A stretch of 63,990 nt of DNA, the filler included, from Welwitschia mirabilis (Eukaryota): NCBI GenBank assembly GCA_051453625.1. It is 5 parts of one record of this genome, joined end to end, with 100 filler letters (N's around TTAATTAATTAA, not from the genome) between each part and the next. Parts side by side here need not be neighbours in the genome. Positions count along the whole stretch, not along the records: positions 1 to 16,914 come from JBOZIK010000001.1; positions 17,015 to 45,271 come from JBOZIK010000001.1; 3 more parts are not named here. One strand, written 5' to 3'. This document shows, one piece after another, positions 13,001 through 22,449 of the stretch. The notes beneath the pieces are model-generated. The model ran no database searches. It was not told the DNA's origin and saw only the letters and a program-made list of their open reading frames with translations. Both the position numbers and the translations under genes were made by a program. Position 1 is the first letter of the stretch. Each line of letters starts with the position of its first letter.

Positions 13001-16000
13001 TGTTGCATTTCTTTCGTATGTAACCATCGAGGGAAATTTGAGAAAGATATGATATTCATTTTCAACACCATTTTGGCCATAGGTTTGACACCTCTAGTCT
13101 TTTCAAGGGATTTGAAACCATCTACTTGTTTCAATCTTGAAGGAATGAGAAACTATTTTTGCGTATTAATCTAAATCCACAAACAAAGAGGAATAGTATC
13201 ACTTTAAGAAGGTGCCTGCCTCCTCTAATATTGTTTAAATAAAGCCGCTTCTTTCCTTTTGTATTTTCCCAAAGCCTTTGGAGTGCGCTTTGTTTTATAA
13301 GTCTTCCAATTTTTTTAGGATCAGAATGAAAAATTTGTTATTAAAATGTTTTGTATTTGAAGCCACATCTTCCCTTGATATAATCAACTCTTCTTTTATG
13401 TTGTGTTAAAAACCCTTTCTTATCAATAATGTAATTTAAGAGATTATAAACATAAACTACATGCTAATACATAGCTTCTACCTCAAAGAGTACCAATTTA
13501 GCTTCTAGAAACATAATGTCATACTGAGTTTGATGTTTTGCCTTAAATTCTTGCAATAAGAATTGTTATTGAATTTTCTATATCTTTATCTAATGTTTAT
13601 CTGCCAATTCAAGGCCTTAAAAAAACACAATATTATAGGACACTTGGTTGAATAAAGTGTGAGAAAGTTGTCTATGAACATTCCAATACAAATTGCTTCC
13701 TTTTTGCATTTGTTTTTTAAGGCATATGATGTTTTCATAAGTTCAATAACCCTTCGAGTGATGCATCCTCCCATCTATAACTATTTGAGCATTCCAAGCC
13801 CAAGCATGTATAGGAGGGAAAAATTTTGACTTGTTCATTTCCTATTAAAAAGCAAAATCAGTACCATGTTGGTAACAAACCATTACTTGGGTTTTTTGAA
13901 CATTAATCTTTATTCTAAATTGATGGCAAATTTTATCCAAGGTATGCAACCTATGTTGTAATACTTGCTTTGTTTAGAAATCAATGCCACATCATCTGCA
14001 AATAGCACGAGGTTCGTAGGATAGTTCCCTATTCACATAGAATGACTAAGGGAGATTTCATTTTATTCAAGCCTTTAATTTATCAATGAAAATTCCAATA
14101 CACACACACACACACACATAGAGAAGAGAGAGAGAGAGAGAGAGAGTTCATAGATGTATGAAACATCATGGCTTTCTAAGAAATGCTGTCTATGAGCTGG
14201 ATACACACCTTTTTATTTAGCTTTTGTATTGCAGAAAGTAAAGCTGCTAGAGTTCCAATATTTTGTAATTGCTACCAAATTTTATTCGTGATGACTAAAC
14301 CATATGGTTTGGAGAAGTCCACAAAACACATGAATGGTTTTTTATTCAGATATTCATCGTCGTCAATAAGATGCTTCAAGGTGATAAGATAATATATTGT
14401 GAAATGACATTGCTAACAATTTTGCTCAAGAAATACTGAAGAGTATATTTCTTTGCCTACCTACCAATGTTTGCTTCAAGGGTAGCTCTTAGGAGTCTTG
14501 CAAAAATATTGTTCAGTACAATCAATCTAATTATTTTTAAATCCAATTTATTTCCTTAGATAGCATAATGATCTTGTTAATACTCTATTCTTTGCTCAAT
14601 TCAAACTCTAAAGCATAATTGGGCTTCTTCCACACTCTTCTACAGTGAGTTGTTTGCTTGGGTAGATGAAAACCCATAGGTGGCCTTATTGGCCTGGGAA
14701 TGGGCTGACAAATTTTCAAGTCTCACTTTGTGATTTGCACCCATGATGTTAAAGCTTGCACTAGGTGCACTTTAAATACAGAGTAGAACTGTGAACCAGC
14801 CTGCACACTATAAGATATGAACCTAAGCTATTGAATCTCACTTGTAAATAAAGGGCAGACTAATTATGTTGGGACTAGGCTCTAAAAAATACTATTAATG
14901 ATAGCTCATCAATAGTTGCTTAAATCTGATTCATTATGTTTCTTATAAAGCATTACTGCTTTATTCATATTCCATTCTCTGTCCATCCCAAATTTGAGTG
15001 GTTGGTTTAGCTTATTCTATCCAATTTCTAAAACAAAAGGTCCACCACATTTTAACATTTCTCTATAGGAACCTTTTCAATTTGCGGCTTCGTAAAGCTA
15101 GCATTGAGATTCATTCAAAGGTTGCTTCAAGTGTAAAGATAGGCTAGTGCTGTTATATTGTAACAATCCTAGCATTCTATCATCTTTGAATAAATTCTGA
15201 TGGAAATATTGAATTTCTACAAAAGAGAAATTGTATTCTACCTTTTGTTGTTTCATTTTGTCATAAATCAGATTTTTATTAGATTTTACCAGCTTTGGAG
15301 AGTTGTTACATTTAAGAGCGATTCTTGCTTATTTGAATTCGAGATTAAACCACAGATTTCTTCCTATGCTAATAGATCTAGACACCTGATGAACAACCTC
15401 TAGTAAAATTATGGTTACATCATTACCGTAATTTGTAGAGATTCATCTTTCTTGTGACAAATGATAACAAATGTCAAATTTATATATCAAAGTTTTCTGA
15501 TTTTTGTAACTCTAAAACATCCAAAAACATTTCTGTATCTTAGCACAATAACTATGTGGAGACATTTAATAAATTCAAAAAAGAATAGCTGTCAGCCTGC
15601 TTAGTAATATTTAATTCTGTTCATGTAGGCATTTGCAACCACAAGGCCTAGCAGAGACCATTTGTGGTTCCCCACTCTATATGGCTCCTGAAGTTATGCA
15701 ATCTCAAAAGTATGATGCAAAGGTGAAAAGTTAAAATCTGATAGAAATGTTAGAACTTGAAGGCTTTTATTTTCACTGATTTTTCTACAGAAATGCTGGT
15801 ATTGATTAATGATGGTTTCCTCCAGGCTGACTTATGGAGTGTTGGCAGTATTCTCTACCAGTTGGTTACTGGGAAGCATCCATTTTGTGCCCATGATCGA
15901 AATGAGGTATGTGCTGGGAACATCTGCTAAATTGTTCCTTTTTCTTTTCTTTGGATAACATTGGGTTCATTTTTATTTCAGTTACTACATACAATAATCA

Positions 16001-19000
16001 AATCAAGAGAAATAAAATTTCCAAATGATATTATCCGGGAAATTCATCCTGATTGTATAGACTTATGTAGAAAATTACTGCAGAAAAACCCAGGTACTAC
16101 TTCATTGCAGAGTTTTTTGCCCATTCTTTTGTTCGAAATATTATGCTGCTTTGAGTACAAAACTAATATGTTGAGGTATCCTACTGTATATATTTTTTCC
16201 TCTTTCTACTCTCCTTACATTTAATCCAATCTTGCAACAAAAGGATAAGAGATCATAGTTCTTACATAGGGCTCTGGTAGTGTTTGTATAGCAATCTGTA
16301 TATAGTCATATTGCAATGGTCTTGAGCGTTTGTTATCATTTGAATTTATTATATTCATTTTCAGTGGAACGACTTTCATTCGAGGAGTTCTTCACCCATC
16401 GATTTATTGAAGAGGGAAGGTTGGTTTTCTTTGCAGAGTAAATTGTTATACCAGGCAGCTGATTTTAACTCTTCTTTTCTTATGTCATATTGTTTGATGA
16501 AGCTGAGTGCAATCCATTTAATGTTCATGTATTTTTTTCCCAAAAAGAGTTCTAGAGGAGTTTCTATTAGATGTTAACTAAGAAAATTAGTTCTATGCAT
16601 ATATCCATTTGCACTTTGTTATGTCATACATAACTGAGTCAATTTGGTTAAATGTGAAACATTTGCACCTGTGTGTAAATGGTGTCTACAGAAAATATCA
16701 TTCTGTAGTAGCAACAAGCGTGTACAACACACAGAATCATTTGAGTAATTTATTATTTTTTAATTATTGGTGGAAGTGAAGCCAAATCTCTTGATGTTAT
16801 TTATTCTTTTATAGTGTGACTTTATATATTTTTATAATGTCCCTTTTCTTGTTGTAATTTAATATTAAAAAGAAGAAGGGAAGTCTAATGGGGTCATCTA
16901 GAAAGTTCTAGAAGNNNNNNNNNNNNNNNNNNNNNNNNNNNNNNNNNNNNNNNNNNNNTTAATTAATTAANNNNNNNNNNNNNNNNNNNNNNNNNNNNNN
17001 NNNNNNNNNNNNNNCAAGAGTTATCAGATTGGCTATTAAGGACGGCTTGTGTCCTTGCCCTTTTCTTTATTCTAATAGAGAGCTCTGCATTACTTCCGTG
17101 GTTTTTTCCCACATTGGGGTTTTCCATGTAAAATTGGTGTGTTGCTATTTGCATTTTGCTTTTGGCTTCTTGTATTTTTCTAACAATTATGCTTTTACTT
17201 TATTCATAATATTGTTATTGTTTATATTATACTTACTTCTATTCTTCCACACATTTCCTCTAATTTTCTGATGCCTTGACTATAATATTGTAGATTTTGA
17301 GACAGTTTGAACTAGAGAGTAGCTCTTTGAAGGTTATGTCTATGGGTTTGTTGATTTCATATACAACACAGGTTCTCAAATTTACATGAAAACACAATAT
17401 GGCCACAGCCTGTTGCTTTATCCTCTTTGCAGATGGATAGTCCATCCTCCTGGTTGCATACGGTAATGGACAATAAGTTCATTCCAGAAAAAATGATTAC
17501 TCTTCTTAAAAGTGAATCATGCTGCGAACTTTTAGAGTGTGGAACCCAGTTCACCCATGCTCAAGAGAGGTCATTTGAAGAGATGCTTGAAAATGCATTG
17601 AACAAAATGGCAGAACTAGACATGAGAGGGCAACTGGATAAGGAAGAGTGCAGCGTTGGTAGACCAAAAGGTGGCACAAGTTTTACAAAGCAGTCCTTTG
17701 CTATATACAAAATATATAGAAAAGATTTGTACATGACGTATTAGTTTTAACATAATATTTTCGTCTTCCAGTGATTGACACATCTGACAGCATTGAGGAT
17801 GATTATGTGATCATAAATCTGCATGGTTCTCCAACAGAATCTGGCAATGAGTCTTTATGTATCTCTGAAAATTCTTCAATAATTCACCTTAAAGAGCTTG
17901 TTGCGGAAGGCAGGGGAAGGAATCATTGTTCAATGTCTCAATCACTATTTTCTGAGGCTCAAGTTACGGCTAATGTATTGGTTTCAAATGAAAGACCATC
18001 GTCACCATCAGATCATCCACTAACAAGGCTCTACTTGCTGAAGAATTGTGCTGAATGTATTGTTGAGCTATGGAAGGAAAAGGTAAGAGGGAAATGCTGT
18101 GTCATTCAAGTATATTTCATAGACTGAAATTAAGTGCATGCATGGTAAAATATGACTGTATTTACTATGAACTATAATTGGGTTTTCTAACGGTGAAGAA
18201 CGCCTTTAGAGTTTAGTCTTATAATGAAAATTTATTGATTTGAATGGTGTTTATTGATATACAGCTCATTGGGAATTGTTTCTGTGGATGTTCTTTTAGG
18301 CGGTCTGCCTTTTCATGTTTGCTCTCTGTTCTACTTTTCCTCATGAGTTACAAGTTCTCATGTGTGTTAATTTTGCATGTGGATTCTAGCTTGAGTCAAA
18401 GAATCCACTTGAACCCTTTGCCCTTCAGGTTATGTGCTTAGCCATATGGAGGCATGCATTGCGTGTAGGTTATGGATGGGCATCATCACTTGTGGGAAGA
18501 ACTTGTTCAAGTAACATTATAGATAGAGAAATTGTTTCTGAGTTAATTCAGCTTCATTTCCAAATGACAGACGTTCCATCAGAGATCCATACAGCTGCTT
18601 CTGCTTGTGTACAAGTGGAAAAGCATTATGTGGAAGCAGTGGAGGTGGCTGAGAAATTCGCTTCTGAACTTGAGCATGTCCATGGCAAGTATTTGAAATT
18701 TTGTGTCCAAGATTTTGTAGTCTGATTTTGTTGTTAAAACTTGAATGTGTTATCTCATTGAATCTTTGCAAACAGGGGATGAAGTGATGCCAGATGCCTT
18801 AGAAATAATATTTAGTTCAGCTCTAGAATTTGGAAGGGAAGGCGCTGTAAGAAACTCTGCCCTTAACGTTTTGGTTCCTTTTTTATATGTTACATTAAAA
18901 ATTGTTTTTCTAAAATCATATATACGATTGAGGAAATAGATTGACCGAATAGAAATGTAAGGTTTCTAATTTGAATTTACATTGTCTAATATCAAATGGT

Positions 19001-19508
19001 AAAGGCCATCTTAGTTTATGGTAAATGCAACTGAAGAGATACTACAGCTGATTTTAGATGCCTTATAACCATATTGAAGATGTTTACCTGTAAGGATTAG
19101 ATCTCTCATTGTTACCTGTTTCTATTCAGGAAAGAATGATATTTGCTAGACCTGAATGTCTTATTATCAAAGAGTTAGCAAGTGATTTAAAATTTTAAAT
19201 AGCTTAAGATTAGTTAAAACCTAAAATAGGTCTATGTGAAAACATATAATTTCTTGGTGTTCATGTATTAATATTATGTCCTTGTAATGTAATAGATGAA
19301 GGAGTTACTTGAAGACCTAGATATGGCCATGAAATTTTATTCGAAAGCTGTAATCCTGATGTCATTTATCATGGTGGAAGCTCCTAACTTGGACCTCAAG
19401 CCACTATTCATTTTAAGTGATGCTCAGCACAAGTATCTCTCTCATTGTGTGGATCAATTAAGTTGTAGACTCCAGGATGTGATAAGTAGGATGTCAGGTA
19501 ATAGATAA
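9805..19508 (+). CDS. ATG1: Serine/threonine kinase ATG1 (ULK family), whole gene span. join(9805-10035,10378-10495,10591-10649,10996-11060,15629-15722,15826-15906,15982-16093,16365-16419,[missing exon],17294-17332,17433-17670,17772-18082,18390-18684,18776-18846,19296-19508)
   Basis: The spliced translation gives [42 protein letters not shown] and KYDAKADLWSVG. The C-terminus has plant ATG1 signatures [37 protein letters not shown] and [10 protein letters not shown]. All splice phases agree except across the gap. Confidence 0.95.
10378..10495 (+). CDS. ATG1: ATG1 exon 2
   Basis: tttgc[30 protein letters not shown] g|GTATCC, phase 1. Confidence 0.93.
10591..10649 (+). CDS. ATG1: ATG1 exon 3 (catalytic loop)
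   Basis: ttttcAG|(A)[25 protein letters not shown]. Confidence 0.94.
10996..11060 (+). CDS. ATG1: ATG1 exon 4 (DFG)
   Basis: cac[23 protein letters not shown](R)|GTACAT, phase 2. Confidence 0.94.
11090..11151. repeat. 31-bp tandem duplication in ATG1 intron 4
   Basis: ttcatgtctattcta(g/c)agatggatgacataa x2, with one mismatch. Confidence 0.9.
11290..12800 (-). mobile_element. LINE remnant (RT to C-terminus), antisense in ATG1 intron 4, copy A
   Basis: Minus-strand remnants read [71 protein letters not shown] and IGQWLQI..NIVEDEH. A short A-run at about 11291-11299 marks the 3' end. Confidence 0.75.
12880..14640 (-). mobile_element. LINE remnant (RT to C-terminus), antisense in ATG1 intron 4, copy B
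   Basis: Minus-strand remnants read [10 protein letters not shown] (about 14330), LFADDVALI (about 14005), [41 protein letters not shown] and [27 protein letters not shown]. Confidence 0.85.
14100..14146. repeat. Compound (AC)n(AG)n microsatellite inside LINE copy B
   Basis: Direct read of the sequence. Confidence 0.95.
15629..15722 (+). CDS. ATG1: ATG1 exon 5 (activation loop)
   Basis: atgtAG|(R)[37 protein letters not shown]. Confidence 0.95.
15826..15906 (+). CDS. ATG1: ATG1 exon 6
   Basis: tcc[35 protein letters not shown]. Confidence 0.94.
15982..16093 (+). CDS. ATG1: ATG1 exon 7
   Basis: tttc[32 protein letters not shown] g|GTACTA. Confidence 0.93.
16365..16419 (+). CDS. ATG1: ATG1 exon 8 (end of kinase domain)
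   Basis: tttcAG|(V)[17 protein letters not shown] ag|GTTGGT, phase 2. Confidence 0.9.
16915..17014. other. Artificial 100-bp scaffold join (44N-TTAATTAATTAA-44N), also at 45272-45371, 48576-48675 and 61813-61912
   Basis: Identical structure at four places, with a palindromic all-frame stop linker. Confidence 0.95.
17015..17185 (+). repeat. 3' part of a copia-type LTR inside ATG1 intron 8, next to the gap
   Basis: ccgtggttttttcccacattggggtttccatgtaaaattggtgtg resembles Tork/Tnt1-type U5 sequence, and the segment ends ...ctaaCA. Confidence 0.55.
17294..17332 (+). CDS. ATG1: ATG1 candidate 39-nt linker exon
   Basis: ttgt[21 protein letters not shown], phase 0/0 and open. It has no conserved motif to confirm it. 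Confidence 0.5.
17433..17670 (+). CDS. ATG1: ATG1 linker exon
   Basis: tttgcAG|MDSPSSW..SVGRPK g|GTGGCA, phase 1, matching the next exon. Confidence 0.75.
17772..18082 (+). CDS. ATG1: ATG1 exon with ATG8-interacting motif and start of the C-terminal domain
   Basis: ttccAG|(V)[43 protein letters not shown]. Confidence 0.88.
18390..18684 (+). CDS. ATG1: ATG1 C-terminal (MIT-like) exon ending at a GC donor
   Basis: ttct[38 protein letters not shown] g|GCAAGT. Confidence 0.85.
18776..18846 (+). CDS. ATG1: ATG1 penultimate exon
   Basis: aacAG|(G)[29 protein letters not shown]. Confidence 0.92.
19296..19508 (+). CDS. ATG1: ATG1 last coding exon
   Basis: aat[47 protein letters not shown]. Confidence 0.9.
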   Translation: MKELLEDLDMAMKFYSKAVILMSFIMVEAPNLDLKPLFILSDAQHKYLSHCVDQLSCRLQDVISRMSGNR

Positions 19509-21077
19509 TTCGCAAGCCTGGAGATCAAATAATGTTCAATTTAATATTTGTAAATGCATGCCTGCTAGAGTATCATCATAGTAATGGCCCAATCTAATTC
19601 TCTATGAGCAGACCTGTTTTAACATTTGCCAATGTATACTATCTAGTGCAGGAATGCCTTAAAGGTTATTGACTTTCAAAAATTGTATATTGACAAGTGG
19701 ATAAGATATTGTGATGGAATTGTACATTTATATGTACATACACGTACACGTGTTTTGGACTTTTGGTAATAATTTTAAGATGCTTCTTGTTTCTCAGAGT
19801 TTCTGTTGTACCAGCTGCACAAGTAAGCCATTCCTGAGTTTTGCCAATTTCTGTGTATGTGTATGATATCCTTTCTAAGAACTAGACTCTATTGGATGGG
19901 GGAATGGGTAGGGATGATATCAAAAATTGACAGTTTACAAACGCCAATTACGTGTCAAAAAGTGGAATCTATAGAAAACTATTCTGCGTCTCTTTAGATA
20001 AGAATGGTGATTCCTATGCACCAGAAGACTACATTTGTTCTCAGTATTAGATATAAATAGCCTAATACCTTCACCTGTACTACGTAGAGGAAGACTTTAA
20101 CGAGCCTCGAAAGGGTAAAGGATTATATACTCAAAACAACACCAAGCTAGTTGCTTGGATGTTACTTTATTACACACAATTCCTAAATCGAATGCTAGAA
20201 ACAGATTTTACATTGGTTTTGTCTTTCCTTCACTTAGCATGTAAAATAGAACCCACATTCCAAGTGAATTTTCACAAAATTTTCCTTCTTTACCTGCAAT
20301 CACATCAATTTATAGGGCCTATTGAAATGGCTCCTTCTCATAATCATGCATCCCACTATGTCAGCTGGGATGATTGTTGTTATGTGCCTGCCTACTCGCA
20401 GGGAAAATTGATGTGCTAGGATTTTATGTGTTCTTTTGATATTAATTAGCCCTTAATTTTGGTTTTCCACTATTCTTGGATTTCCTTTCAGATTAAGCAA
20501 GTGGAACCACCCATTTCATCCATCTAGAAAATCTTATTTTGATCAGTATGTGTTTGAAAAAAAATCAACCAGCGATTTGACCTAATATGGACAATTGTTT
20601 GATTCCAAGAGCCAAACAAATCTTAAAGCCAAGGAGCATTCACAAGGAATTTGTCCAACTTATCAAGAATTAAATTCAAACCCTAGCTTCTATTATTTAA
20701 GTATTCGTTACAATTTTCATTAAGCCACAATCATTTGTACATCTTTCGAAAATTTTTGTCTTTTAAGAAAATAAAAAGTTTTCCCTCTTTTTTTTTTTTT
20801 TGCAATTTTCATAAAGGAAAGCATAAAAATCACCACCAATCAAAAGATGATTAGAAAATCTTGAAATATTTTCAAACAAAAAGTTTGAACTATCTTTTAT
20901 TTTATCCACAAATGGTGGGAAATAGATAATGACTAGAATTAATGAAACATTCCCTATATTAAATTTGTAGATAGTACCAAATTTAATATTCCAAAATTGT
21001 GTTGCATTCCAAGAAGGAAATCATGATATGAAATGCAACCTAATTTGTAAGGTGTTTCCATAAAGCAAAACAATATT

Positions 21078-21271
21078 TTTTTAAAATGTAGGCAAGGAGG
21101 TTGGTTTTGGTTGCACACAATGTCCAATACAATTAGGCTTATGCATGTCTATACACTTGCTGACACAGGGTTTAACTACAAATGTTTGCCTCCTGCCAAC
21201 ACGAGGTTTTGAACTTGAGACCCTTAGGTTCAAGATGTTTGATTTTACCATTGTAGTAATCGATGCAGGCA
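21078..21271 (-). mobile_element. tRNA-derived SINE, copy 1
   Basis: Perfect 16-bp TSD aaagcaaaacaatatt (21062-21077 and 21272-21287). A-box-like TACTACAATGG, B-box-like GTTCAAAAC and an A tail. Homologous to 24366-24576. Confidence 0.85.
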
Positions 21272-21289
21272 AAAGCAAAACAATATTGA

Positions 21290-21700
21290 AAGAAGACATA
21301 TAGAGGAATTTTGTTACGAGATAAAGTTGAGCATTTGATTTTACAAATGAAAACAAAACTAGGATTTTGTTTTTGACACCATATTTTCAAGGTGTTAGCT
21401 CTCAAGAGGCTATTGTAATCCTTCATGTTCTAGCTAAATATTTTCATTATAGGATGGAGGGATGATTGCCTTCATGTCTGATGTTAGTTGGCTCTTTTTT
21501 ACCTTTTCCAATTATATTAGAATAATCTTTTTCTCATAGTTCTTTTTCAATTGTGTCTTTACATCACAAATCTTATCTTTAGGAAGATATCAATAGTCTA
21601 TTCTTAATTTTCTTGTTTCTTTGAAGTTCCTACATTTGCTTGTTCATAATGTTTAGTAATAGGTAGTTATAAAAGGGATAAGTTAATAATGCAAGACATC
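21290..21700 (-). mobile_element. Highly decayed LINE 3' fragment (host of SINE copy 1)
   Basis: Minus-strand KYLART*RITIAS..YVFFQYCFA loosely parallels the C-terminus of the other LINE copies (EYQILL*CFA). Confidence 0.35.
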
Positions 21701-22449
21701 TTATAAGGTTGTTTATTATTCAATAAGAAAGGAATATGAGAAGAGTTTGAAAGAAAAGATAGAGATGTAGAAAACTACGCATGTAAATTTTTAATATTCA
21801 AATATGAATTCATGTCTGAAAATGATTGAAAAATAATTTCTCTGATTATGTATGTAAGAGAATATAATCATTGTTGTGTAAGGGAATTAATATTTTTAGT
21901 GTATGAAGAAATATTTTACGAGAGTTATTTTAGGAGTTGTAAGTAGATTCTCTTACTTGTTCTAATGGTCATATGTGAGAGCGAGATTTAATAAGTTAAG
22001 AAATTACGATAAAAAAGAGTGAGAAGTGAGGTGAAGAGTATGCTTTGGGATTTGTAGTTGAGAATGGAGAAGGGAGAGATCTTGGAAATGGTTGTCAAAG
22101 GGGAGCTCTTTGTTATAAGCTATAGAAGGTACCTGTTGTAAAATCTTAGCTTAATTGCATTTTTTAAAAGGCTACTAATATATATAATTTTATTATAAAT
22201 GGATTATGGGATTTTTTGTGATTTTCATTTTCACTTTAGCAACATAATAAGTCTTATGTACATTTGTTCAAAAAGACGGAGAGAAGATCTATGCAAGTCT
22301 TATCTAGATGTGTTTGAAGAGACATAAAGGAAAGAGATGTAAGGGAAGATACGTTTGAAGATGTATCTAGATATTCAGATCTCTTTGAAGACTTTTCCTC
22401 TACTACAATTACCATTATTAATCAAAATCCTTAGTATTAGGGTTTTAGT

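Noticed and set aside
16959..16970. Palindromic TTAATTAATTAA repeated four times in the window
   Set aside because: It is always centred in exactly 44N+44N, so it is an assembly linker and not a biological site.
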